DNA of 64,000 bases from the human T2T-CHM13v2.0 reference genome, Homo sapiens. The stretch lies in the NCBI RefSeq assembly GCF_009914755.1, contig NC_060939.1. One strand, given 5' to 3'. Below are positions 30,867-51,921 of this stretch, one piece after another. How positions within the stretch are numbered: position 1 is the stretch's first letter; every line of letters begins with the position of its first letter. The translations under genes and the position numbers were made by a program. The notes beneath the pieces were generated by a model. That model ran no database searches, was not told the origin of the DNA, and was given only the letters and a program-made list of their open reading frames with translations.

Positions 30867-31938
30867 TACTTCTCTAAATCCCCCTCTAGTACTCTCATTT
30901 GCAAGATCTCCCCTATCTCTGTTTTCAAGATATACAAGGTATTCACCAAGGAAGCTCAATGAGATTTACTTTTTCTCTTTAGGGAAAGTATTTTATTTAT
31001 ATGGAAGAAGGCTAACAGAGTATATCTAAATTAAAATGTAATACGCCTTTGGTATTAACAGAAGTACCTATTATTCAGTGTTTTAAAGTGCTATAGTGGG
31101 CAGATTGTTAATCACAAGTTAATGCCTAGTGAAGGGAAAATACATCCCAAAGGACTTGGAAGCATTAAAGTAAAAGACCTTCTCCCTTTAAAAGGGCTGT
31201 ATCTTTGTGTCAATGAAAGAGACCTATAATATGCAAGTAATAGTAATGATGATGGCAATGATGATGACTTCTACAATAAGCACATGGGCAATGATGACAA
31301 ATTTTTCCAGTGAAAATTACAATTCTGTTTCTTAACACTGATAGTGCAGGTAAACTAGTGGCCAACTTTGCTATGTATATATTACCATTTGTGACTGTCC
31401 TTAAATGTTTGGTTAACCCCCCTTACACTGTAAACCTTCACACTGAGAAATATTGAACCCAAGCCTAAACATCAGCTCTTGGGTAGGATTTTGGTTGATC
31501 TGCATATAACGGACCTAATTCCTCTGTTTACATCAGCTGTTCCCCCAGGACTTCCTCAAAAGATGCCCATTCTCATCATGGAGCTCTTTGCTTCCTTTCA
31601 AATGAAACCAAGACACCTCTCTGCACTTAGGGATCTTTAACTTGAATCACCAGAAACATGGCCAGGGCGAGGAAAATCTGGACACTCACACTGCACCCTG
31701 CTGTCTCCAGCAGGTACTACATTTCTGCAGGACTCAGGAGGGCAGGAGGTAGGAAAAAAGGAAAAGGCTCCCTACTAATGCCAAGAAAGACCATAAGATT
31801 CTTCACCTATGAGCATTTATAGCTTGCCCCAGCATCCCAAAACAAAGCTGAAAGTTGTTTCTAGTTCCAGCTGTCACCTGTGGTCAAGACTTTTTATGTG
31901 ATAAATTTTCTCTTACAAAATTGTCCTTCTCCGATCCC

Positions 31939-33956
<2,018 letters not shown>

Positions 33957-36900
33957 CAAAATTATCCTTAATATTCAGTTTAACTTAATTTTACCTGTAA
34001 TGTAAATGTTGCGGTGGAAAAGTACATTTGCTTTAGGCTTTACCTATTTCTTAAGACAATACTCAATCACCCCCTCCCAGCATATGGCACCACTGGTTGC
34101 TTCTCTCATTGATCATGTCCACAAGACTCTCCAGAACACACAAGCTTGATGGCTCCATATTCAATAAATGTATTATCGAGACCCACTGAAGGAAGCCGAC
34201 TGCTCCTGCAGGACCCAGGAGACACCCCAAATACTGTGAGTGCCCCAACTGCGGAAGTAGGAAAGGGAGACCCTCCTCTCTCAAACACACACCCCCGCAC
34301 TGGAGAAGCTGAAGGTCTGTTTGCTGGAGAAGTTTCTCACTTTACCCGGAGCTGAGTCAATTTAGAGAGCCAAGGGAAATACAGGGGTAGAGGAAGAAGC
34401 AGAAAGGCCCTAGGAGCTCACTGCATCCCCTAGCAGCCCATTTCTGCCTGGCACCACAGGGATCCATCAGGACGGTGGCCAGAGAAGCAGGCGGTAAATC
34501 TCCACAGGGAGAAGGAATTCTCTAGCTAAAGTTTGTAACAACTTGAACAGGGTGAGAAGCCTCCTGGCGAGAACTCAGGGGAGGGCACAAATCCGGTGTG
34601 CAGACTCCATAGGCAGGGGAAGAACCAAGCCCTTTTCTTTCTAGCCTGCAACAAGTTTTCAAGCCCGTCTTGCCCTCTGCCTGGAAAGAGACTCGGGGCT
34701 GTTGTGGAGAGGCATGGTGGGAGTGAGACCGGCCCTTTGGTTTGCATGGGAGCTGGGTGAGGCCTGTGACTGCTGGCTTTCCCCCACTTCCCTGACAACC
34801 TGCATGACTCAGCAGAGGCAGCCATAATCCTCCTAGGTACACAACTCCAGTGACCTGGGAACCTCACCCTCATCCCCCACAACAGCTGCAGCAAGATCTG
34901 CCCAAGGGGAGTCTGAGCTCAGACACGCGTAGCCCCACCCCCACCTGATGGTCCTTCCCTATCCACCCTGGTAGCAGAAGACAAAGGGCATATAATCTTG
35001 GGAGTTCTAGGGCCCCACCCACTGCCAGTCCCTCTCCACACTACTATAGCTGATGCTTTCTGGAAAGCGCCACGTCCTGGCAGGCGGCCAACCAGCACAA
35101 AAATAGAGCATTAAACTACCAAAGCTAAGAACCCTTATGGAATCCATTGCATCCCCCGCCACCTCCATCAGAACAGGCACTGGTATCCACTGCTGAGAAA
35201 CCCATATAATATATGGTTCACATCACAGGACTCTATGCAGACAACACTCAGTGCCAATCCAGAGCCAGGTAGACTTGATGGGTGGCTAGACCCAGAAGAG
35301 AGACAACAATCACTGCATTTCAGCTCACAGGAAGCTGCATCCATAGGAAAAGGGGGAGAGTACTACATCAAGGGAACAACCCGTGGGACAAAAGAATCTG
35401 AACAACAGGCTGCAGCCCTAGACCTTCCCTCTGACAGAGCCTACCCAAATGAGAAGGAACCAGAAAACCAACCCTGGTAATATGACAAAACAAGGCTCTT
35501 CAACACCCCTAAAAAATCACACTAGTTCACCAGCAATGGATCTAAACCAAGAAATCCCTGATTTACATGAAAAAGAATTCAGGAGGTTATTAAGCTAATC
35601 AGGGAGAGACCAGAGAAAGGTGAAGCCCAATGCAAGGAAATCCAAAAAATGATACAAGAAATGAAGGGATACATATTCAAGGAAATAGCTTAAAGAAAAA
35701 ACAATCAAGAATACAGGAAACATTGGACACACTTTTAGAAATGCAAAATGCTCTGGAAAGTCTCAGCAATAGAATTGAACAAGTAGAAGAAAGAAATTCA
35801 GAGCTTGAAGACAGGTCTTCGAATTAATGCAATCTGACAAAGACAAAGAAAAAAGAATAAGAAAATATGAACAAAGCCTCCAAGAAGTCTGGGATTATGT
35901 TAAATGACCAAACCGGAGAATAATCAGTGTTACTGAGGAAGAAGAGAATTCTAAAAGCTTGGAAAACATATTTGGGGGAATAATCGAGGAAAACTTCCCC
36001 GGCCTTGTGAGAGACCTAGACATTCAAATACAAGAAGCACAAAGAACAACTGGAAATTTTATTGCAAAAAGATCTTTACCTAGGCACATTGTCATCAGGT
36101 TATCCAAATTTAAGACGAAGGAAAGAATCTTTAAGAGCTGTGAGAGAGAAGCACCAGGTAACCTATAAAGGAAAACCTATCAGGTTAACAGCAGATTTCT
36201 CAGCAGAAACCCTACAAGCTAGAAGGGATTGGGGACCTATCTTCAGCCTCCTCAAACAAAACAATTATCAGCCAAGAATTTTGTATCCAGTGAAACTAAG
36301 CATCATATATGAAGGAAAGATACAGTCATTTTCAGACAAACAAATGCTGAGAGAATTCGCCATTACCACGCCACCACTACAAGAACTGCTAAAAGGAGCT
36401 CTAAATCTTGAATCAAATCCTGGAAAAACATCAAAACAGAACCTCTTTAAAGCATAAATCACACAGGACCTATAAAACAAAAATACAAGTTAAAAAGCAA
36501 AAACAAAATCAAAGTACACAGGCAACGAAGAGCAGGATGAATGAAACAGTACCTCATATTTCAATACTAACATTGAATGTAAATAGCCTAAATGCTCCAC
36601 TTAAAAGATACAGAACTGTAGAATGGATAAGAACTCACCAACCAACTATCTGCTCCTTCAGGAGACTCATCTAACACATAAGGACTCACATAAACTTAAA
36701 GGGGTGAAAAAAGGCATTTCATGCAACCGGACACCAAAAGCGAGCAGGGGTAGCTATTCTTATATCACACAAAACAAACTTTAAAGCAACAGCAGTTAAG
36801 AGACAAAGAGGGATGTTATATAATGGTAAAGGACCTTGTCCAACAGGAAAATATCACAATCCTAAACATATATGCATGTAACACTGGAGCTCCCAAATTT

Positions 36901-37562
36901 CTAAAACAATTACTAATAGACCAAAGAAATAAGATAGACAGCAAAGCAATAATAGTTGGGGACTTCAATACTCCACTGACACCACTGGACAGGTCATCAA
37001 GACAGAAAGTCAACAAATAAATAATGGATTTAAACTATACCTTGGAACAAATGGACTTAACAGATATATACAGAACATTTCATCCAACAACTGCAGAATA
37101 CACATTCTATTCAACAGCGCATGGAACTTTCTCCAAGATAGACCTTATGATAGGCCATAAAACGAGCCTCAATCAGTTTAAGAAAATTGAAATTATATCA
37201 AGCACTCTCTCAGACCACAGTACAATAAAACTGGAAATCAACTTGAAAAGGAATCTGCAAAACCATGCAAATACATGGAAATTAAATAACCTGCTCCTGA
37301 ATGAGCACTGGGTCAAAACAAAATCAAGATGGAAATCAAACAATTATTTGAACTGAATGACAATAATGACACAACCTGTCAAAACCTCTGGGATACAGCA
37401 AAGGCAGTGCTAAGAGGAAAATTTATAGCCGTAAATGCCTACCTTAACAAGACTGCAAGAGCACAAACTGACATTCTAAGGTCACACCTCAAGGAGCTAG
37501 AGACACAAGAAAGGAAATTACCCAGCAGAAGAAAGGAAATTACCAAGATCAGAGCAGAACTA

Positions 37563-37900
<338 letters not shown>

Positions 37901-39119
37901 AAAAATACAAACGATAAATGAAACTAAAACTGGTTCTTTGAAAAGATAAATAAAATTGATAGACCATTAGCAAGATTAACCAAGAAAAGAAAAGAGAAAA
38001 TCCAAATAACCTCACTAAGAAACGAAACAGGAGATATTACAACTGACACCGCAGAAAGACAAAAGATCATTGAAGGCTACTATGACCACCTTTACGCACA
38101 TAAACTAGAAAACCTAGAAGAAATGGATAAATTCCTGGAAAAATACAACCCTCCTAGCTTAAATCAGGAAGAATTAGATACCCTGAACAGAACTATAACA
38201 AGCAAAGAGATTGAAGTGGTAATTTAAAAGTTACCAACCAAAAAAGTCCAAGACCAGACGTATTCACAGCAGAGTTGTACCAGACATTCAGAGAAGAATT
38301 GGTACCAATCCTTTTGACACTATTCCACAAGATAGAGAAAGAAGAAACCTTCCCTAATTCATTTTATGAAGTCAGCATCGCCCTAATACCAAAACCAGGA
38401 AAGGACACAACCAAAAAAGAAAACTACAAACCGATATCCTTGATGAACATTGATGCTAAAATCTTTAACAAAATACTAGCTAACCAGATCCAACAACATA
38501 TCAAAAAGATAATCCACCATGATCATGTGGGTTTTATACCAGGGATGCAGGGATGGTTTAACATACGCAAGTCAATAAATGTGATACACTACATAAACAA
38601 TTAAAAACAAAAGTCACATGATCATCTCAATAGATGCAGAAAAAGCATTCGACAAAATCCAGCATTCCTTTATGATTAAAACTGTCAGCAAAATCGGCAT
38701 ACAAGGGACATAACTTAATGTAGTACAAGCCATCTATGACAAACCCACAGCCAACATAATACTGAATGGGGAAAAGTTGAAAGCATTCCCTCTGAGGACT
38801 GGAACAAGACAAAGATGCCCACTCTCACCACTCCTCTTTAACAGTACTGGAAGTCCTAGCCAGAGCAATCAGACAAGAGAAAGAAATAAAGGGCATCCAA
38901 ATCGGTAAAGAGGAAGTCAAACTGTCACTGTTTGCTGACGATATAATCATTTACCTTGAAAACCCTAAGGACTCCTCCAGAAAGCTCCTAGAACTGATAA
39001 AAGAATTCAGCAAAGTTTCCAGATACAAGATTAATGTACACAAATCAGTAGCTCTTCTATATACCAACAGCGACCAAGTGGAGAATCAAATCAAGAACTC
39101 AACTCCTTTTGCAATAGCT

Positions 39120-39121
<2 letters not shown>

Positions 39122-39151
<30 letters not shown>
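39122..39151. repeat. A30 run inside L1PB ORF2
   Basis: Read directly. Confidence 0.95.
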
Positions 39152-39154
<3 letters not shown>

Positions 39155-40126
39155 TACTTAGGAATATACCTAACCAAGGAGTCAAAAGACCTCTGCAAGG
39201 AAAACTACAAAATACTGCTGAAAGAAATCACAGACGACACAAACAAATGGAAACACATCCCATACTCATGGATGGGTAGAATCAATATTGTGAAAATGAC
39301 CATACTGCCAAAAGCAATCTACAAATTCAATGCAATCCCCATCAAAATACCACCATCCTTCATCACAGAATTAGAAAAAACAATTCTAAAATTCATATGG
39401 AACCAAAAAAGAGCCCAGATGGCCAAAGCAAGGCTAAGCAAAAAGAACAAATCTGGAGGCATCACACTACCTGATTTCAAACTATACTGTAAGTCCATAG
39501 TCACCAAAACAGCATGGTACTGGTATAAAAATAGGCACATAGACCAATGGAACTAAATAGAGAACCCAGAAATAAACCCAAATACTTACAGCCAACTAAT
39601 CTTTGACAAAGCAAACAAAAACATAAAGTTGGGAAATGACACCCTTTTCAACAAATGGTGCTGGGATAATTGACTAGCCACATTTAGGAGAGTGAAACTG
39701 GATTGTCATCTCTCACCTTATACAAAAATCAACTCAAGATAGATTAAGGACTTAAACCTTAGAACTAAAACTGTAAAAATTCTAGAAGATAACATTGGAA
39801 AACCCCTTCTAGACATTGGCTTAGGCAAGGAGTTCATGATCAAGAACCCAAAAGAAAATATAATAAAAACAAAGATAAATAGCTGGGACCTAATTAAATG
39901 AAAGGGCTTTTTTGCACAGCAACAGTCAGCAGAGTAAACAGACAACCCACAGAGTGGGAGAAAGTCTTTGCCATCTATACATCTGACAAAGGACTAATAT
40001 CCAGAATCTACAACGAACTCAAACAAATTAGTAAGAAAAAAACAATCCCATCAAAAAATGGGCTACGGACATGAATAGACAGTTCTCAAAAGAAGATATA
40101 CAAGTGGCCAATAAACATATGAAAAA

Positions 40127-40445
<319 letters not shown>

Positions 40446-40815
40446 TCAGGGAAATGCAAATCAAAACCACAATGCAATACCACCTTACTCCTGCAAGAAT
40501 GGCCATAATCAAAAAATCAAAAAACAGTGGATGTTGGCTTGGATGCAGGTTACAGGGAACGCTTCTACACTGCTGGTGGGAATGTAAACTAGTACAGCCA
40601 CTATGGAAGACAGTGTGGAGATTCCTTAAAGAACTAAAAGTAGAACTACCATTTGATCCAGCAGTCCCATTACTGGATATCTACCCAGAGGAAAAGAAGT
40701 CATTATTCAAAAGAGATACTTGCACATGCATATTTATAGCAGCACAATTCACAATTGCAAAATCATGGAACCAACCCAAATGCCCATCAATCAACAAGTG
40801 GATAAAGAAACTGTG

Positions 40816-40816
<1 letters not shown>

Positions 40817-40864
<48 letters not shown>

Positions 40865-40916
40865 TACATATATATATATATAAAATACATATATATATAC
40901 ATACACACATATATAT
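40817..40916. repeat. (GATA)12 followed by (TA/CA)n compound STR
   Basis: GATA x12 at 40817-40864. Confidence 0.95.
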
Positions 40917-40997
40917 GACGGAATACTATGCAGCCATAAAAAGGAATGAATTAACAGCATTTGTAGTCACCTGGATGAGACTGGAGACTGTTATTCT

Positions 40998-41289
40998 TTT
41001 TTTTTTTTGAGATGGAGTCTTGCTGTTTCGCCCAGTCCAGAGTGCAGTGGTGCGATCTCGGCTCACTGCAAGCTCCGCCTCCCGGGTTCACACCATTTTC
41101 CTGCCTCAGCCTCCTGAGTAGCTGGGACTACAGGCGCCCGCCACAGCGCCCGGCTAATTTTTTGTATTTTTAGTAGAGACGGGGTTTCACCGTGTTAACC
41201 AGGATGGTCTCGATCTCCTGAACTCGTCATCCACCCGCCTCGGCCTCCCAAAGTGCTGGGATTACAGGCGTGAGCCACTGCGCCCAGCC
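40998..41289 (-). mobile_element. AluY inside L1PB
   Basis: gcaagctccgcc, ggactacaggcgcccgcc and aggatggtctcgatctcc diagnostics; 16-bp TSD TGGAGACTGTTATTCT. Confidence 0.95.
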
Positions 41290-41794
41290 TGGAGACTGTT
41301 ATTCTAAGTGAAGTAACTCAGGAATGGAAAACCGGACATCGTATGTTCTCACTGATATGTGGGAGCTAAGCTATGAGGATTCAAAGGCATAAGAATGATA
41401 CAATCGACTTTGGGGACTTGGGGGAAAGAGTGGGAGGGGGTGAGGGACAAAAGACCACAAATATGGTGGAGTGTATACTGCTTGGGTGATGGGTGCAGCA
41501 AATTTTCACAAATCACCACAAAAGAACTTACTCATGTAACCAAATACCACCTGTACCCCAGTAACTTATGGACTAAAATAAAATAAATAAATGCATTATC
41601 GTCCTACCTCCCACATATTACCTTCAGTCCTACAATTTGCTTTTCCTTTTTTCTCTGCTGATATACAACTTCGCTTCCTTTGGAACATATTTCAAAGTCC
41701 AGCTCATCATGGATTCCCCCTTAAAGTGCCACTTCATCCTCTAGCCCTAGCTCAGATCTGAAGTATAGCACTGATGGCCAGAGTAATTACGAAT

Positions 41795-42010
41795 GATAAT
41801 ATTAACTACTTACTGTATTTGTATCATGTGCCAAGCACTCTGTTATGTATTTTACATGTAGTAACCCTAATCTTCACATCCTGAGAAGTATTATTATCCC
41901 TAATTTACAAATGAGGAAACTGAGGCTGGAGTGACATGTTCAAGGCCACATGAACAGCTATTATGTGGCAAATCCAGGGTTCAGACTGTGACTTATTTGG
42001 CTGCCAAGCC
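41795..42010 (-). mobile_element. MIR
   Basis: tgtgccaagcact...tttacaaatgaggaaactgaggct. Confidence 0.75.
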
Positions 42011-43347
42011 TGTGTTCTTTCTCTCACAACAAATACTGTGGCACTGCACTGGATTGATAGTGACTTGCTTTGTAAGTATCTCCCCCCACAACCACTATCA
42101 CCAAAGAAAACGTATGTTTCTCTTATATGTCCTCAATATGCTTGTTGAATTGAGTTGAACAGCTTAAAGCCAGAAAACACATCTCCTATTTTTTTAATAT
42201 ATTCCATCCTTGTGCTCAGCACATAAGGTAATCATTAAATGTTAATGACTAAGTGAAATGGAATAAAATCAGTGTTGTGGTAGCCATTTTTAAACTTTAA
42301 GAGTTTAAATGTGCAGCCCATAGACAGCACCACAGCTGGGAGTGCCATATTGCCATTAAGCCAGAAGGTGGATTCACGGGATGGAAACATTGAAAACAGA
42401 CACCACAAGAATGGTTAAGTCAGTTTTCCAAACCACTTTCTACAAGTAGCTACTCCTTTCTCCCCCATAATAATTTCACAATGATTAGCCTGCTAGGTGA
42501 GAAATACCAGGCAAAAACCTGCATCTCAGCAGAGTTTAGGGCAACCACTTAAGTATTGGGTCAAGGTGGGAGGTGATGGGGACAACAGGTAGAGTCATTC
42601 CCATCTAGCTGGTCAAAAGTGCAAGATAAATGCCATCTAGATATCTATTATGGGTTTTATCTTTCTAGATAAATGCCTTTATTCTTATAATTAGCTTGAT
42701 AAAATGCCATCTCACATTCCAACACATATGGATATCAAAATGCATATTTGGGGAGGAATGGTGTCTTATGTTACCAATTTCTGCTTCCTTTGCTTTCTTT
42801 GCTCATAGCACAAAATTTCAAACTTTTTTGCCAAAACCTTACTATGTAGCTTTTTAACTTAATTAAATATATAGGCAATTACTGACACCATCTGTCTTCA
42901 TAGAAAAAGAACAAGAAGTGACACAAAAGCCTGGGATTCTGAAGGGGATGTTTAGCAAACAAAATCTTCTAGTTCCACTATAGTAATATTTATTTTTAAG
43001 AGCCCTTCTGTCATTTTAAATTATTTATGTTTCTTAGAAATAATGAATTTGAATTATACTTGGAAAGTGGTGGCTTTGGTATGATTTTTTTTAAAGGAAA
43101 TATCAGATAATCCATTGCTTTTTCAGTAAAACAAAAACTTAAACACGTCGTTGAACATCTGTTACTAGTACAGTCTAACACAGCACTTAAAATCCTTTAA
43201 AATCCCTGAAAACCTTTATCAAGTTACATGAATCTTTTGCATAAATGGAACTGTTTTAGCAATATGTATATTCCTTTAAACATATATTTTGCTTTCTTAA
43301 ACATAAGATTCATTGTGTCCCCTATTGTTCTGAGCCCTTATAAATAA

Positions 43348-43734
<387 letters not shown>

Positions 43735-45029
43735 TGTTTTTTAATCTTTGTAGATGTCTCCACAAATGTCTTAATATGTAAATGCTATTAAACCAACCCA
43801 CTGGAGCTTGATCAGGTAGTCAGGAACCAATAGAAGTCCAAATAATGCAACAAAATTCACCTCCCATACAGAGGACACAGGTAGGAAATATAAAGAAGAA
43901 CATGGAGTTTCCCTATCATTGGCAGTTACCACCAAGGAGGACAACTGTGTTCCCCTGCAGCTTTTCCCCAGAATTGGAGGGACCGTGTTTCAAATGCCAC
44001 GTGGCAGCAACTAAGTTCCGAAGTCAAATAGAAGTGTGCAGGACACAAGGACATTTCTAAAGAGGCTCAATAGAAAGACATTTCTCAAAGAAATGGCACT
44101 GTGAAACTTCTATTCATATGAAAGACTTATGGCATACCAAAGAATATGTTATCCCAGATTTTGAGGGAAAGCACCAATGTATATATTTTATATTTTTTAT
44201 TCACTTGTTAAAGAAAGAAATTTGAAGAAAGTAATTTCATGATGATTTTCTACAAATTGCCTCAAAGATCCTGTATTTAATGCTTAGCAGATAACAGGTA
44301 GAGCTAAAACTAAGAATTTACACTTATCTGCCATGACTCAATAGCATTCTAGTGTATTCTCCTGAGAGGAAGCTATACATTAAGAAATAGTGCATTGAAT
44401 TTTAGAAGAGGTAAAGGAGAAAGAGGGGGAAAAGAGGAAGAGAGGAAGAAAATACCACCCTTAATGCCATTTCTTTCATTTGCTAGAAAATGAACCCAGG
44501 GACAAATGGCATCAAAGGGGGCCTGTTTGTTAAAAGCAGCCTCTGGGGTGGAGCTCAGCAGAGCAGAGGCCTACCATAGCAGCAGAGCCTGGACAGGTCA
44601 GCCGGGATGTAGAACATTTACTCAGGTGGAACTCCAGGGTGCCTTTCAGCCAGCAGCTACTCAATTGAAATTTTTCCCAGGGCCCTAAAGCTCCACCCAC
44701 GTTTCTGGAAAGTGCCATAGGACTTTGATTGATCACAGGTGGGAACCTTGCCTTTTTGCCTATACTGAAGGACTGTATTTCTTTGTCCTTATACAGCTCC
44801 TATACATAGGCTCTCAAAGTGCTTTAGAGACAAATAATGGGAAAGGTGAGACAGAAAGGTGTTAAGTGACTTGCCCGAAGTCCCACGGTAAATCACAAGC
44901 CTTCCCTGGCTTCACAGCTCTCTGGCAATTGGGGGAGCTTCTTGCTGTGGCTGCCAGCATCACAGTGCCCTCTCACATTCTGCCAAGCATTTGTTTCCCT
45001 CGCCAGGCTGAGAGCAATCAACAGGGTCA

Positions 45030-45250
45030 AGCACAGTAGAGAAAACCTGGCCTTTTGGGTTAGGCAAACCTGGATCTTTGTCCTCGCCCTGCCGCTGAGC
45101 TGTGGAACTTGGCACGTTCTTGGGTTCTTTGAGCCTCAATTTTCCCTTCATAAAATGGGAGTATGAATACCAAACCCATAAAGTTGTTCGGAGGATGATA
45201 TGAGCAAATACCACAGTGCCTTGCACTTAATAGGCCCTTAATCTACATCA
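45030..45250 (+). mobile_element. MIR
   Basis: gagcctcaattttcccttcataaaatggg...cacagtgccttgcac. Confidence 0.7.
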
Positions 45251-46155
45251 GTGTCCCTTCCTCTTTCCTTTCCCAAGTCTCCCTCCTTGAGTCTGTCCTA
45301 CATGGTAGCTGCAAGGCAGCTTTCTAAAGATTGCTGCCATCCAAAAGGATGTCCTATTAGCCTGACAGGGTGCTGAATCTTTCCTACAAACACGAGTCTG
45401 TAGGAAACAGTGGCAAAGTCATGGAATCCAGATTCATCTCTCAGATAACTGAATCCAAAAGGTTCCCTTATGATAAGCATGTAGTACCTGGGACTCAACC
45501 CTCTACCATCACCAAATTAGTCAGGATGTATTGGATTACTGGGTTAACTTGATGGGGTTGAGGGAGTGTCCCCGTGGAGGGCATAGAGCTTGCAGGGAGC
45601 CCCACACCATAGAAGGAGGCTAGAGTGCTTGGAGTCCCCTGGGGTGAGCAACTGGAGGACAGGAGAAGGTGGAAACATCTGGGACAAAGCTTTTCTGAGC
45701 CACCGGCCCACTACCTGAGCAGCCCCTTCTCTTCTGGGTTTGACCATGTCCAGTCCCTCTCAGTCCAGGAGCTGATACAAAGTAAAAGCCTGCTGTGGTG
45801 AGTCCAAGCAACAGCTTGCGTTTTAGAAAGTGGCACTGTCCTCAGAGCTGAGTCTTTATGCTGATGGAGCCAGATTTATGCTAATATATATTCTTTCTTC
45901 CAGATCATGACTGCTTATGGTGGCCCATATATTAACCCTCACTGGGCATTAATTTGCTTTCGTGTCTGTAGCAGGTATTTTCTACCCATACATGGCAAAG
46001 CTTTTTAAGGTTTAGACTAATACCTATAATAAACTCAGAAGGCGGTTTGGGAGGTGGCTTATCACAGGCTCCCACACTTAGTCATCATTCACACACTCAA
46101 CTAGATTCAAACAAGTGACCATATACATTGTACAGGTATCCATCCTAAGTGACTC

Positions 46156-46180
46156 TGTGTGTGTGTGTGTGTGTGTGTGT
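46156..46180. repeat. (TG)12 microsatellite
   Basis: Read directly. Confidence 0.9.
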
Positions 46181-46441
46181 AACAGCTTTAGTGAGATACC
46201 ATATACCATAAAATTCACACTTTTTAAAATTTTATTATTATACTTTAAGTTTTAGGGTACATGTGCACAACATGCAGGTTTGTTACATATGTATACATGT
46301 GCCATGTTGGTGTGCTGCACCCATTAACTCATCATTTAGCATTAAGTATATCTCCTAATGCTATCCCTCCCCCCGCCCCCCACCCCACAATAGTCCCCGA
46401 TGTGTAATGTTCCCCTTCCTGTGTCCATGTGTTCTCATTGT

Positions 46442-50261
<3,820 letters not shown>

Positions 50262-50324
50262 TATGATGTTAGCTGGTTATTTTGCTCATTAGTTGATGCA
50301 GTTTCTTCCTGGCCTTGATGGTCT

Positions 50325-51341
50325 TTACGATTTGGCATGTTTTTGCAGTGGCTGGTACTGGTTGTTCCTTTCCATGTTTAGTGCTTCCTTCAGGAGCTCT
50401 TTTAGGGCTGGCCTGGTGGTGACAGAATCTCTCAGCATTTGCTTGTCTGTAAAGGATTTTATTTCTCTTTCACTTATGAAGCTTAGTTTGGCTGGATATG
50501 AAATTCTGGGTTGAAAATTCTTTTCTTTAAGAATGTTGAATATTGGTCCCCACTCTCTTCTGGCTTGTAGAGTTTCTGCCGAGAGATCAGCTGTTAGTCT
50601 GATGGGCTTCCCTTTGTGGGTAACCCGACCTTTCTCTCTGGCTGCCCTTAACATTTTTTCCTTCATTTCAACTTTGGTGAATCTGACAATTATGTGTCTT
50701 GGAGTTGCTCTTCTCGAGGAGTATCTTTGTGGCATTCTCTGTATTTCCTGAATTTGAATGTTGGCCTGCCTTGCTAGATTGGGGAAGTTCTCCTGGATAA
50801 TATCCTGAAGAGTGTTTTCCAACTTGGTTCCATTCTCCCCATCACTTTCAGGTACACCAATCAGACGTAGATTTGGTCTTTTCACATAGTCCCATATTTT
50901 TTGGAGGCTTTGTTCATTTCTTTTTATTCTTTTTTCTCTAAACTCCTCTTCTCGCTTCATTTCATTCATTTCATCTTCTATCACTGATACCCTTTCTTCC
51001 AGTTGATCACGTCGGCTAATAAGGCTTCTGCATTCGTCACGTAGCTCTCGTGCCTTGGTTTTCAGCTCCATCAGGTCCTTTAAGGACTTCTCTGCATTGG
51101 TTATTCTAGTTATCCATTCGTCTAATTTTTTTTCAAAGCTTTTAACTTCTTTGCCATTGGTTCGAATTTCCTCCTGTAGCTCAGAGTAGTTTGATCATCT
51201 GAAGCCTTCTTCTCTCAACTCGTCAAAGTCATTCTCCATCCAGCTTTGTTCCGTTGCTGGTGAGGAGCTGCGTTCCTTTGGAGGAGGAGAGGCGCTCTGC
51301 TTTTTAGAGTTTCCAGTTTTTCTGCTCTGTTTTTTTCCCAT
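50325..51341 (-). pseudogene. L1 ORF1, 338 codons with a single nonsense codon
   Basis: MGKKQSRK start at 51341; TGA at codon 49 (51195-97); remainder open. Confidence 0.9.
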
Positions 51342-51921
51342 CTTTGTGGTTTTATCTACCTTTGGTCTTTGATGATGGTGACGTACAGATGGGTTTTTGG
51401 TGTAGATGTCCTTTCTGTTTGTTAGTTTTCCTTCTAACAGACAGGAACCTCAGCTGCAAGTCTGTTGGAGTTTGCTAGAAGTCCACTCCAGACACTGTTT
51501 GCCTGGGTATCAGCAGCGGTGGCTGCAGAACAGTGGATTTTGGTGAACCGCAAATGCTGCTGCCTGATCATTCCTCTGCAAGTTTTGTCTCAGAGGAGTA
51601 CCCGGCCATGTAAGGTGTCAGTCCGCCCCTACTGGGGGGTGCCTCCCAGTTAGGCTACTCAGGGGTCAGGGACCCACTTGAGGAGGCAGTCTGCCCGTTC
51701 TCAGATCTCAAGCTGCATGCTGGGAGAACCACTACTCTTCAAAGCTGTCAGAGAGGGACATTTAAGTCTGCAGAGGTTACTGCTGTCTTTTTGTTTGTCT
51801 GTGCCCTGCCCCCAGAGGTGGCGCCTACAGAGGCAGGCAGGCCTCCTTGAGCTGTGATGGGCTCCACCCAGTTCAAGCTTCCCGGCCGCTTTGTTTACGT
51901 AATCAAACAACTAACTCGGCA

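Noticed and set aside
39122-39151. A30 run as a solo poly(A) retro-insertion
   Set aside because: It coincides with a native A-rich stretch of L1 ORF2 and has no TSD; slippage is simpler
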